A stretch of 63,694 nt of DNA, counting the filler, from Choristocarpus tenellus KU-1152 (lineage: Eukaryota; Protista; Phaeophyceae), in the NCBI GenBank assembly GCA_964200185.2. It is 13 parts of 13 records of this genome, joined end to end, with 100 filler letters (N's around TTAATTAATTAA, not from the genome) between each part and the next. Parts side by side here need not be neighbours in the genome. Positions count along the whole stretch, not along the records: positions 48,996 to 51,644 come from CAXNAD020025966.1; positions 51,745 to 57,077 come from CAXNAD020011118.1; positions 57,178 to 60,134 come from CAXNAD020023370.1; positions 60,235 to 63,694 come from CAXNAD020019891.1; 9 more parts are not named here. One strand, 5' to 3'. The number at the start of each line of letters is the position of its first letter. The first letter of the stretch is position 1. Both the position numbers and the translations under genes were made by a program. Positions 48,996 to 61,099 of the stretch are shown here, piece by piece. Under the pieces are notes generated by a model. That model was not told the DNA's origin, searched no databases, and saw only the letters and a program-made list of their open reading frames with translations.

Positions 48996-50945
48996 CGGGT
49001 TTATCACCTTTATCCTCTTAGATGATTTTGGGGATACTTTAACACAGGGCTCACCACAACAAAGCGAGTGATGTGATTAATGGCAAACAACACGTATGAG
49101 CCCATCACACCATTATTTGCTGCTGGGGAAAGTGTTTTGTACTCTTGTCGAAATCAATAGCAACACGTTGAAATGGTCTGTCTATGGGCATATGACCAGC
49201 TTTGTTATGAACAGTTTTACATGTTTGGCATGCCTGACAATCATTGCACCATTTACAAATATTGATATTGAATGTTGGCCACCAATACAAGTCTCTGACC
49301 TTATTAAACGTGGGTTTGAAACCTAAGTGGCCTCCAGACAGTGCATGGTCATGGCAACCATGGAGTACAATACGGATTAATGAGCGAGGAAGAACCAACT
49401 GATCTGTGGGACCAGATTTCGGTCGGGCTGTTGCTTAACCAACCGTCTCTAAACGTGCTCCTCCTACGAAGATGGTCTGGTAAATATGAACGATACAATA
49501 GGCCACTATGAAGGGAAAAATACGACATTGTGTCATTGATTTCTTATCAGGTGGTGGTGAGACATTGGGGAACTGCAAATACCTGAAATATGATCCGAAC
49601 TTGGATTCCTGCTCCTTGAACAATTGCTCCAGGTCCACTGGAGGAAACACAGTTGCGGAACTAGTAAATAGCTAACAATAACATTGGATGTGTGTTGTTT
49701 TTGCTGATCAAGGATTGTACGGAAGGCATCCATGACACTATTATCAAGTAGTATTTTATTGGGACCAAGTTGGGTAATCGCTTCATTTCTCTCCGGAGGC
49801 TTTGGTTCTCTCATTGGGATGGGAAGAGTCTGAATGAGGAAACAGCATAGGAGGGGGTGAGCGCATTAATAAATTCTGGACATCTTTCTATGACATTGAA
49901 GAGGTTACTGGAACATGGTTGTCAGGGGATGACTGTAATTTAGCCAAATCACCAGGTGAAGGCCATTCTATCGTACCGGCCAACGTCTCAGAATAGAATG
50001 TTTCAGCGCATTCTTGAAGAATTTAAGGCAAAATTTTCACACAACGAGCATCAACAGTTTCAGGGGATGCAGGGCCGTATTGACGAGAGTGTAGAGTGAT
50101 TGCGACATGCCATTTGGAGAATAAAAGTGGAAAATCTTCTCCTTCAGAACCTGTGATCGCTAGACCAGTCGGGATCTCCGAAGTGGAATATCTAAAACGG
50201 TTCCCTTCATGTGTTGGATGTGGTTGTGATTCATTGCTATTGTGTCAACAAGTTTTGAACGATTGGAAGAAGGTCCATGGGCCTGGAGCTTCGAGAGATC
50301 TTGAAGCCACTTATGTGGCACGTCATTGTTTCTTGCACACCCGTTGATGTGATGCGCAATAACTGCGGGGATTGCATTGCCGACGTGTGCCTGCGAAGCT
50401 ACCACATTACAACCAGTTGAACGTGGTGAGGCAACACGAATGTCCTGAAAAAGGTCATGGTGGGTGTCATGGTTGCCTGAGCTGACACGATGCTTGAGGG
50501 TCGACAATATGATTCCTGTACGACTGCGAGAACTGTTGGGGGGTGGAGGGGAACCTCGTCTACGATTCGCATTTGTTGAATTTTTAGACGACTCTCCTGT
50601 TCACGACGTTTTCTTCTTGTTCTGTTGTTCGGCATGTTTGGTAAGTGATCACACAAAAATTAAGCCGTCACCCTATCTCTTAGGTCACCAATATCGCCAA
50701 TATAGATGACGTGATTCTGTGACGACGTGGTTCACTCAGGCAAGGGTTGCGAAGAGAATCACTGGGCAAGACGGACCAGACGGACCAGACGGACCAAGAC
50801 GACCCATAACTGAGACGACAAGGTTAAGAATTCACAAGTTCAAGAATGAAGGACTTGCAAGAAAAATGTGGGGAACTGAGGAAGTGGGGAGGATCACGGT
50901 TGAGATGGGTTTCAGAAAAGAAGCACAGTTAAACCGAAGTTGTCA
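48996..50945 (-). mobile_element. Internally deleted Gypsy LTR retrotransposon: putative 5' LTR 50945-50692, PBS-like TGGTGACC at 50690-50683, gag remnant, integrase Zn-binding domain
   Basis: ORF 49105-49398 HGCHDHALSGGHLGFKPTFNKVRDLYWWPT...WCNDCQACQTCK...RPFQRVAID is a Gypsy integrase H2C2 domain. The LTR starts TG and holds (GACGGACCA)x3. Confidence 0.8.
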
Positions 50946-50974
50946 GAAAAGAACGATCCGAGTATGATGGTATA

Positions 50975-51590
50975 TACCATACGGCAATAACAGTATAATG
51001 ACAGAGAAACCTTTGATCCTCGTAGTTATAACCTCAACACCTTCGCAGTGGAAAGTTTTGGGCACCTCGGCAAGCAAGTGGAATACTTCCTGGATGAGCT
51101 GGCTGCTCACATGGTAGGTAGGGGGGAGAGGAGCTGGAGGATATTGCAGGAAAGGAGTAGTCAAATCCTGGCTACGCCAAATTGTCTCGGTGACTTCGCA
51201 AGTGGCATTGTCTAGACGTGTCATGCGCTTTAAACTAGAGTCACCAGGGAGATGGGCACGGAGGGATTTGTTGGATTCTTGGGATGCCTCCCTAGCTCCC
51301 CCCCCCAGGGCATAGGAGTAGGCAGATGGGAAGCACAAAAACATATATATCGACAATTTATCCCAGTCAATTTTGGGTCAAGCCCATCCTCAATGAAAAG
51401 CTCCATCCTCAATTTTTGAAATCGACTGTTACGGAAGGCAGTAGTAGTACAAAATTGATAGTAGTGAAGTAACAAACAGATTAGTGTTTTTCAGACTTAC
51501 AATGTTTTACAGTGTTTTTCACATTTATTTATGTTATTTTATTTCTTTGGGGCTTATACTGACATATTATGTATAGTTTGTTTTGCTCAC
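50975..51590 (+). mobile_element. 5'-truncated RLE-clade (CRE-like) LINE, best-preserved copy
   Basis: ETFDPRSYNLNTFAVESFGHLGKQVEYFLDELAAHMVG (frameshift) GYCRKGVVKSWLRQIVSVTSQVALSRRVMRFKL; F.VE.FG..G is the C-terminal motif of restriction-like-endonuclease LINEs. Confidence 0.8.
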
Positions 51591-51899
51591 GAATTCTGGA
51601 TTATTATTATTATTTTGCACATTCCTATTTTCTTATTCCTCTATNNNNNNNNNNNNNNNNNNNNNNNNNNNNNNNNNNNNNNNNNNNNTTAATTAATTAA
51701 NNNNNNNNNNNNNNNNNNNNNNNNNNNNNNNNNNNNNNNNNNNNGAGGTACATGACTAGCCCGAACCTCTTGAGCTTTTCATATGTTTGTGGGGGAAAAT
51801 ATGTGTTGCAAGTTTGTATCAAGGTATACAACCAAAACAATAAAAATAATAATAGTATAATATAAGCGTGTACATGAAGTGCTTGGTACAAATTTTTTT

Positions 51900-52217
51900 C
51901 TCTCAAAAAGGTAGAGAGAGAAAACATCATGTTGTATTGTTCTTTTGTGTTTCTTCCTAAATATTTTGTTTATACCGAGAATACTTTTTCTTATTTATGT
52001 GGATGTATTTGGCCTGTATTCCGGGGTCTTGCAGAGATGATTAGGTTGAGTTGATCTTTGGTCCTACTCCACCAGAGCTGTACCTATTTGTTTCTCAGGC
52101 TCTAATTCCATTATCTCCTCGAGGATGGCTGGCTGAAGATAATAGAGATCCAATTTTTGTATTTTGTTTTTTTAAATCTTTAACTGTATTTGCATAATAT
52201 CTTGATTTCATTTTCAT
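51900..52217 (-). pseudogene. rpl2: NUMT: decayed mitochondrial rpl2 5' part
   Basis: Divergent ATG 11 nt from the rps13 ATG; fragments SHPRGDNG (RHRGGG) and GTALVE*DQRST (IEYDPNRS); position matches brown-algal mtDNA order. Confidence 0.5.
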
Positions 52218-52228
52218 GTTTTTGTAGT

Positions 52229-52600
52229 ATGCCTTACGTAGCTGGTGGGGCTCCTTTTGAAATTGAAATATTGGTCAAGGCCTTAGGGTTATATTTTTGG
52301 GAATTGTTTCCTATCAGTGTAAGATTTTATGTCAAAAAGCAGGTTTAAGTACAGATGCCTGTCTTAGGGATTTGAATTGAAGTTGTATAAAATGATTTAT
52401 TTCTTTTTATATAGGGGCTACCTCTTGTTTTAGTACAATATTTCCATCAATTGGATAAATATGGCATTTATCTTGTGAGGCGTATTGATTGTTATCGTGG
52501 TATCAGGCATGGCAAAGGTTTACTGGTTCGCGGTCAATACACTCGTACTAATTTCTAAGCCTTGGCAAAATCCTTAGATTCTAGAGGCATAGTAACCGCA
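52229..52600 (+). pseudogene. rps13: NUMT: decayed mitochondrial rps13
   Basis: MPYVAG...LVKAL...LCQKAGLSTD...RIDCYRGIRHGKGLLVRGQYTRTN (S13 signature YRG.RH..GLPVRGQRT.TN); frameshifts and stops; AT-rich, intronless. Confidence 0.9.
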
Positions 52601-52608
52601 ATATGAGG

Positions 52609-52980
52609 ATGGGAGGTTTTGAATATTTAAATTCTCATGTACTGTTGAATGTTAGCATAAATGCATAAATCATCAATAATGTGATAAAATCTTACCATGA
52701 TATAAAATAATAGCTTTTCTGTATGTTTTTTCTTTGAGGGTAAATCTTTTTTGGTAGTTTAGTCGATCCGGTTTATAAAAATGAAATAATTTGTTGGTCT
52801 TTGGCGAGATCAGAGAAAGCTAACTGGAAAAAAATCAATTTCTTTTGGTGGGTCTTGCTTAGAGGATTTTGTTTCTGAAGACATGTACTGGATATTAAGT
52901 GGTATCTGTATTTATTCATGTCAATTAATAAAACATCTACAAAACATGATTGGGGAAAGTTGGATATGGTGGAGATGTTT
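52609..52980 (+). pseudogene. rps11: NUMT: probable decayed mitochondrial rps11
   Basis: Follows rps13 directly, AT-rich; fragments EIICWS and KKSISFG resemble the S11 V..W.S.G and KKST.FA segments. The call rests partly on synteny. Confidence 0.5.
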
Positions 52981-53231
52981 TAGGTCAGAGTGTCTGATGG
53001 GGGTTGGCGGCTGTCTATTCGGGGCCCATTCTCCATGTCACAAATTTTGGTGATTTGGTTGCATGGGTCGGATGGATAATGTAAGTGCACTTCTCCTGGT
53101 TAGGGTCCGAATGTAAACCCTGGTGTGGCCCCCCTCCTCCCCCCCCCTGATAATTTGATCCCATAGACAGAGTGCAAAATGTTTTACCTAGTCTTCCGTG
53201 CTAAACAAATCCCTCTTCTACCCACCTACAG

Positions 53232-53383
53232 GTCATGTGCATGATGGTGGAAGTACTTAAGGCAAATGCTCCATCCACATGGGCCTGGCTGGCGGAGGTG
53301 GGTGGGGGCTTCATGGGTCTCCATAATGATGACATGACCACGGCCGATCAGGGGGATGCACTGTTTACATGCATGTCCAACAG
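53232..53383 (+). CDS. Probable internal exon, unknown product
   Basis: cccacctacAG|VMCMMVEVLKANAPSTWAWLAEVGGGFMGLHNDDMTTADQGDALFTCMSN-AG|GTACCA. Confidence 0.55.
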
Positions 53384-53679
53384 GTACCACTCTATACATT
53401 CATTCATACAGACCGCGTGATATTCACTATTCATTGATGTGTTGAGATCATATTCTGTGCAACAGACCTATTCCAATGTTGTATATTGATGCAGTCTCCG
53501 CAGTAGGTAAGGTTGCGATGGCTTACAAAGATGAGCTGGTACTATGTGTCTAGAGAGAGAAGAGGTAGTGCCACCTGGGGGGGGAGTGCTATCAACATGC
53601 CTTATCTCCCATTAGTAACAACTGTCTTGCATGCATTACCCACTGCACTTGTCGCACTTGCTCTCACCTGCAGTGAAGA

Positions 53680-55560
53680 AGCACAAAGCAGTGCAATTTT
53701 ATGACCAGTTCGAGAACCCACACCCCAACTCTAGGTCATTAGCGTGCTTGCAGACGAGATCACACCTGTCCAGTGAGGTGCTAATTGATGTGGTGCAAAA
53801 GACCCTGGAATTGAAGACAATGGGACCTGCAGTTATCCTCTGGGTGGACATTGCCCTGTTGTGCAGGGCTTCAAAGACTAGTGCGGTGAGGACATGGTTG
53901 GACTTTGACAAGTATTGATTACTTACAGCCTGCTTGTACCGTTGCCTGTTTAGCCTGAACTACTTCTTGTACAAGGTTTACCTTGGTGGCGGAGAAATGG
54001 TGAGATGACAATTGATTCCAAGGTCAATTTGTTGTAGCAGTGTTAGACTGCCGTATCTTTCCTCTTGCAGTGAAGTCTAAACAATGTCGGTGTTATGAAG
54101 TGCAATGCAATACCAGTAGTTGAGCGTTGACCATCCTGCCTTACAAGCCCTTTTCCTGACACCAAGTCAATTAATTCCGTTACCCTCCTGCCCAACTCAT
54201 GACAGCGATCAATGGATTTTTCGGATCACATGACTACCTGTGCCAAATCGGTCAAAACCTTTCAAGACCTAGAGATCAATGGGCCAATCCCTCTGCAGGA
54301 CTTTGTGAGCAAATATGGACTCACTGTTGGTCCCGAAGAGGCTTCTGAGTAGACAGGAAGGGGGACTGTATGTTTATTTGGTACAGAGTAGTAATATTCC
54401 TGGAATGTTGGCACAGCACAGCGCAGTGTATCTCTTAGAATACCTGCGGTAGCTGAGATTGTTTGCTCGTTCTTGTTTGTGCTGTTGGTGTTGTGAAACG
54501 TAGAACATGTTCTCATGTGTAGTTTCATGGGGTTGATGTGGTTTTCTCACTGGTCCTCTCCCAAGTCTCTGATGGGAGGTGGATGTACTCGTTTGAGGTA
54601 TCCTTACAAGCACTACTTCAGGGTGTGTGTTTTATTATTGTATGGTGGTGAGGAATGTTGGCCTAAGTGCGTCATGGCTACATGTGCACATGCTAGGTAC
54701 ACACGAATCTGTGTCGATGATGCCATTGTCATCCCCTTGGGGATGTAGCAATCTTAAGCTTAGGTTCTTCCTCCGCTTCTATAGTATGCAGTTTTGTCTA
54801 TGCCTCCTGCTGTACATTGCGTACCTGTCGGGTAGAAGATTGGTGCATCGGCCACCTGTCGACTGAACCCTCTGCCTTGTGACTTTCGTTTTGCACAGTT
54901 ATGAGTTTGTACATGTTGGGGTGGTGAGGCTGGTGTGGATTCTTCAGCGCTGTGTGCTGTTTGTGAGAACTGTGCATATTGTTGTTAGGGGTTGGGAGCT
55001 GGACAACCCAAGTGAAATGATATTTTTTCCAGGTGTTGTAGACTGCTGAACCGAAGTAGGGTACTGGTTTGGAGTAGTCGTGGCATGTGCCAGTGTAGTG
55101 TTGGGACAGGCATTATTGCCACCGACCAAAGCAGCATTTAGATGGTAATATTGTGTGATGGTGACAAGGAACGTTCCTACTCTGGAACGTTTGAAGCATA
55201 CCATCTTAATAGAAATGAAACAGAAAACATCTTTGAAGTTGAAGAATATGAGGTTGAACGCATTCTGACACCTACCTGCACATTAAATGTATAATGTACC
55301 ATCGTACCCAAGAAGTTCTGTTTGAGTATTTCCAGAGTATACTACATTTGTGTACGAGTACTAGTTGGTGCTGTTGTAGATGTTGTGTTGATCTGCAGGA
55401 GACATGTGTCTGTTGACAATGAGTTTCTTGGATAGTACTGGTCAATTTTGGTGCGCCAGCCATGGTGATTTTGATCATTTGTCGAATTCATGTCAGAATG
55501 TAAGGTTGTGTGCAGGTGGATGTTGGAGAATGGTTGGAATATTTGAGTACTGATGAAGAC
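53680..55560 (+). mobile_element. Possible decayed LINE ORF2 remnant
   Basis: QDLEINGPIPLQDFVSK resembles the D..NYRPI.L....K motif; otherwise stop-riddled. Confidence 0.3.
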
Positions 55561-55889
55561 CTTCCAAAGATCGTGTCTTTGCTCTGTTGTTGATCTCCTA
55601 TTTCCTCGGTGTTTGTTGTGATGGAGTCGCTCAGCATCAATTGGAGTGTTCCTGGGGAAGACTATCTACATCACGAGAGTAGAGTAGAAGAAATACTAGG
55701 CCGTTTGGAAAAGAAGAGAAAACCAAGAATCTTCGCAGTTGGTTCTTTCGTCCATTTGAGGCACGTTGGTATCGTCCGAGGGAGTGAAGAGGTCTTGACG
55801 AAGATTACAAGTTAGGGCCTTGTTGTCTAGACTGACACCTTTAAGAAACGTTTTTGGGCATACTGAAGTACCGTTCGGCCATCAGGCCG

Positions 55890-56166
55890 GTCTGGTTACA
55901 ATCTCGATAGATGAGGTCAGCGCTTGTTCACACTATATATATATCATTCCTTGAATTGATCTGATTTTAGATTATCAGCGGCTGAAGAAGTCCTTACGAA
56001 GATGACAACTTCGTGCCTTGCTGTCGAAACTGTCACCTGTCCGAAACATTTGGGCAGACAGGACTACCTATCTGCCTTCAGTCTGATCTTGTTACAATCT
56101 CGTTGGACGTGGTCAGAGCTTCTTCACGCTGTTTATATATGTTTGTCCTTAATTGATCTGAATTTT
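55890..56166. repeat. ~80-bp imperfect direct repeat (55890-55968, 56087-56166)
   Basis: GTTACAATCTCG..GGTCAG.GCTT.TTCAC.CT...TATATAT...CCTT.AATTGATCTGA.TTTT twice. Confidence 0.75.
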
Positions 56167-57348
56167 AATCTCGATGACTCCAGTCTTTGGCTATGAAGAT
56201 AGAAAGCAGTTGTTTCCATCTGCGACCTCGTACGTTTAGAATCTCGAAGAGCGAAAATATCTAAGAATTTGATATTGGTGTTGCATTTTACATTGTTGTT
56301 CTCATGTTAGAGTACTGGAAGAGTTGTGAAATAGGTAGTACAACCTGAACCGGTCCTTGACCCTGTCCGGTTTGCGATTTCGATGGTTCTTGTCTGGTCG
56401 TTTCATTGTTGAATTCACCTCCAACCCAAATTTAGATGTCCACTTCGACCTTGAATCCTTCCAAGCAATTTACTCTACCTGAAACCCAATGAGACTAGAT
56501 GGGCACTTGATCATCGTATCAAAAATGGATAGTATCTATTTGAAAATATATAATACCTACACAGTACTACGTAGTATTATGCTCTGAAGCATTATCCTAT
56601 ACAAAACATCCGTGTGGCTTGTTCAAGTGATGTATTCAAGAAGCAGTGTGTTTTCTTGTTGGGTTCATCAAGCAAAGTGAAGGTAGGCATGTTTCCACCG
56701 ACCTGTAATTGAGGGGAATCGCATCTGCACCTCATTTGTACCCGAGCACAATTTAGTATCCAAGCAGAGAGTATCACTTCATACTCCTTTGAGTGCAACT
56801 ATGTAGTACCAATTCCTAACACCGCGCACAGGAGTATTTTCATGGTATTATATACTCCTTCTGTTCCACACGGCTGGTCTGCTAAGTTGTAGCTCTTCGG
56901 GATGACCTCCAATTACAAAACAGATCTTTGCATTATTGGATTCCTTGGAACATTTCACATTCAAATACTAGGTCTTGCCTTTATTTAGCACTGTCAATAC
57001 ACCAACCCAGGGCTAACAGGGGATTCGCAAAATTGAGGATGGCGCGGGACTATGAGGATGGTTGTTTTTCGAAAACANNNNNNNNNNNNNNNNNNNNNNN
57101 NNNNNNNNNNNNNNNNNNNNNTTAATTAATTAANNNNNNNNNNNNNNNNNNNNNNNNNNNNNNNNNNNNNNNNNNNNCCCACAAATGGACAAACAGGGAA
57201 AAATTCGTACCCTCTAAGATAGTTTCACTCAAATGTAGTTGACTTTGTTGAAGTGTCAAAGAAAAAAGAAAATATTTTATTTCGTCTATACAGCCCCTGC
57301 CCAGTCAGGGCTTATCAGAGGTCTGCAAGGAGACAGAATGTCTGCATA

Positions 57349-57385
<37 letters not shown>

Positions 57386-57755
57386 TCTCTATAGGGGTTG
57401 TGCAGACCATGCACAGGTATGGGGAGAGCATTATTTAAAAACAACTGTTGTTGTCACCGTGATGTGGTTGGAAGTAACGCCTCTAAAACAAAAACAACAA
57501 AAAAAATTATTTCGATATCAACAGTGCCACTGAATATGGAAGATGCATTCACTTGGTCTCAGTCTGCCACCATCGGATTTAAACATCGCCAGAGTGATGC
57601 AGTTGACAAAGGCAAAGAGCGCGCTCAGAGTGGTGCTGACGAAGTACGTACAACATCCTAGAAATTTGAATTTGATGTAGTTGCCCTTTCCTATAGCATC
57701 CCATTATAATGATTTTCAAGGTATATATCAGGTGGCACTTAAACCTAGATCACAC

Positions 57756-58847
57756 CTGCTTCGCCATGTGCTTCATGTACACGACAGGCTTCGGGGTAGG
57801 ACCCAGTGCCACTTCCCTTATCCATCTGTTGCCATCTGACATCTGCAAAAAGACCGAGATGGGAAACCTCATTTGTAAGCCTTGCCATTTCAATCAGAGT
57901 TGGCAATCACCATTGCAAGTAGCATATCTCCTCTTTCTCCTCATTTATCTCCACGTTCGTGACACACACATTCAGGGTCACACATCATCTCCATAAAACA
58001 CTACAGCGTATTGACCAGATCTGGTCAATGTACAAGAAACCTCCAAACATATTGGGTTTCTTTGTTACAACTATTGATAGTACTTGGGTAAGGGGCGAGC
58101 GTTCCCAGCTAAGAGAATGGCCTAATTTCCTTAAGGATTGCATGAACCTCATCAGCATAGAGAAAACAATAGTACTTCTTCTCCCTAGTACACAACAGGC
58201 GTCAGCACGTTCTTCTCTTCCATTTGGAGAGATCTGAGGGAATAGAATCACGCATTCACCTGCTCCGCCAAAACTTGATCGCGGTAGGGTCGCCAAGTCT
58301 CATCTTCCGGGTGCGTAGACAGGAAATGGGCATACAGTGGCTCGTCGTAAACCACGGTATCTGGACGCTGATAAAACCATGGGGGGGGAGGGGTAGATTG
58401 AAACACTGTCTTTCCATGTGATCCGTGCACGAATTTCTACTCTGGCAAAAAGACTCGAAATGCGGACATAGAGCTTTGGGCATGCCTCGTAGCCTTCCCA
58501 TCCTGCTATTGTTGGCCGATGCAGGCAGCGACGAGTAATATAGCACATAAAGTGATCACCATCCTGCAGTCACACCACCCCATTTTGACATCATATGGAT
58601 TACATTCTCCATAACAAGCCCACACCTGCGCGAAGGAATACATCAACGCTGTACTGAGACAACGGGGCCCACTCCAGACATTGATTCGAACGGTTCCGTC
58701 ATCCAGCAGTCCTCCCTCCGCAACAGGTTTGTTGCGCGGTCTAACCTCCTTGCCCGGATCCGGTCCTCCGAGTTTAGACGACGACGTGCCTACCCCACTG
58801 CATTCTTTGCCTAGGTTCACACCACCTGAAAGAGATGATTCATCCAT
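57756..58847 (-). CDS. 5' exons (58847-58626, 58367-58260, 57842-57756) of a branched-chain-aminotransferase-like protein, N-terminal P-loop/sulfotransferase-like domain
   Basis: All GT-AG, phase 0. RINVWSGPRCLSTALMYSFAQ|RPDTVVYDEPLYAHFLSTHP...RPYRDQVLAEQ|MSDGNRWIREVALGPTPKPVVYMKHMAKQ matches the WS.PR.LST.LMYSFAQR.D..V.DEPLYA.FL...KH..KQ domain of plant BCAT-like proteins. Confidence 0.9.
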
Positions 58848-59210
58848 CTCTAGACCGGAAAAGGTACTAGGAAGTGACTCCTCTATCGCAGATTAAAGTA
58901 GGTGTCAGATACTTGGCTCACAGAAAAATGCTTATACAAACCAAGCAAATGCAATTTGCAATGGTCAGCCAGTCAGTTGAGGAACCAAGGAAATACAGCC
59001 TGGAGACTACAAGGAAAATGGTCTTCCAATGGAAGAGAGAGACAACCGCCACGCTGTAGCTGCTCCCTTTTGAAATTGGGTATATAGTATACTGTGGTCG
59101 GATAGTAAATGTTGATCTTTTTTTGTGATGATGGTATCTTGCCCTATTTTCACATGACGTTCATTTTGTACTTGTAGTAAAGGACAAAAAAGTAATGTGA
59201 AAGTGCCGTC
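58848..59210. promoter_or_regulatory. Probable bidirectional promoter region
   Basis: 363 nt between divergent ATGs. Confidence 0.4.
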
Positions 59211-59500
59211 ATGCTATCCTCTTCGCTCTCAACAAGTACGATCTTTGGACGCGGACCCTCGCCCTTTGTGTGCTGTTGGAATGTTCTGGCAATATGTGCC
59301 TATATTGCATTGGTGGGGGCCAACGTGACCTTTGGATTCGTCTTCCAGACGAGACCCGTTAGCAGTGCGCATCATGTTTCATTGAGGTGGGCAAGAACGT
59401 CGAGGGGGAGAGGAAACTGCCTCAACATGGTGGGAAGTGGACCTGTAGGTAATTTCTTCCGCTTAGGAGGGAAGGGAGATACGTCGGGGTTCGGCCCGAG
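59211..59500 (+). CDS. First exon of a probable plastid-targeted protein (bipartite presequence)
   Basis: Hydrophobic stretch VLAICAYIALVGANVTFG|FV (Phe at +1, ASAFAP-like), then an S/R/T-rich segment lacking acidic residues; donor AG|GTGGGT. Confidence 0.6.
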
Positions 59501-61099
59501 GTGGGTATCGATGTGTCCATGTTGTAATTGACGGATTGTATTGGGTATGTACCCTTGTGGAAGAAGATTTAAGGAAGGAAGGACACTCGACGGAGTGCAC
59601 AACTTACAGTGCCCAACTCAATCAACATCTATTGCTAGAAAAGAATCAAGGAAGGCCTGATCCATTAATAGTGGGCTTTATTCCGACATGCTTTGAGTGC
59701 CTAGAATCTGACGGAGCAAGTTGAAGTTTTTTTTGTTGTGGCATGCGGTACTTGACAAGACGAGTTGAATCTGAAGATGAGCTCAGCCCCAAGTGCAATT
59801 TTTAGCGTCCACTGATGACATCAATGCGATACCATCTTTTCTTCTGAAAAGCAGCGACTTTCTATGTCCAAACAATCACAGGAAGGATCTCAACGTTGGA
59901 TTCAATTAACGTGTTTAACACACCATGACCATACTACAGGATCCTTGCTCCAACTGCAAAACCGCCAATCTTTGCCCGGTCTCTTACAATTTCCATTTCT
60001 TAAGCAACCGTTAGAGGGCACTGGCCGGCAGAAGGCCTACCCATTCCTGCACACACACGCACACACCCCTCCCCAATTCAACGTGTTCACAATGACTGCG
60101 TTCCACCCTCCATGCCCCTTGAAGGTGTGTTGTGNNNNNNNNNNNNNNNNNNNNNNNNNNNNNNNNNNNNNNNNNNNNTTAATTAATTAANNNNNNNNNN
60201 NNNNNNNNNNNNNNNNNNNNNNNNNNNNNNNNNNCCTTCCTCGCGTCCTGTACTGTAAGGCTTGAATCTTGTCCCAGTTGACGTATTCCCTTACTGAATG
60301 GTGCTATCCCTGATTGTCAGTTGACAGTCAGAGTATAGTTGAGAAGTGAGGGTTAGCGGATTGGTGTGATGAAGTCTAGGGAGGTGTTCTCAACTGTCAC
60401 CTGGTCAGCTGAGATAATATATCCCTGAATCGATTAACTCCGTTGAACATGTGATGAACGGTTGGTTATTTTCAAAATGTTTTCAACGAAAAGATATACT
60501 ACTATTTTGATATTTCTTCTTGATGTGAACATTATTATACCTACTAAGATTCTGGATTCTATTTTTTCGAATATTATTACACGTGTCTTCTAGTATTTAG
60601 AACGAGAATATTTCTTGATTCTCGTTCCAGATCACCACTTCTTTCGAATAGGATTCTGATATAGTACATACATTTTGGGTCTTGAAAAATTTCAGATGTG
60701 GGATAGAGGGTTTGGAAAGGAAAGGTTGAAACAAGGCATAAGTGATACGTTAATATCCAATTATTCATATACTATGTCCATAGTAATTAATATACGTATC
60801 ACCCTAACCCCATCCCTGACCGTTATGTCCAAGATCATAAGAGTAAAACAGGAATATTTTTGTACATTACTATGGGCATACTGTCATTGCCAAATCGATC
60901 TTTTTTTTTCTCTACTAACGTATATCCTTAAAATATGTATAATCTGGAGTACTTGAAAACCAAGAACTGAGATATGCTCTCTTCGAGATATTGGCTGTAG
61001 TGATGTACGAACACTCGTCTCAGCTGTTTCTATGCAATATACTTATCAGTGGGGGGTCGGGATTTTGATTGGTAGGGTGAAGTTAATTTCTCATGAATT

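Noticed and set aside
52229-52600. Functional nuclear-transferred rps13
   Set aside because: Multiple frameshifts and stops, and no targeting presequence.
60235-60361. Linear plasmid or virus terminal inverted repeat
   Set aside because: No polymerase or terminal-protein ORF, the interior carries nuclear TEs, and the perfect length equals a standard assembler k-mer.
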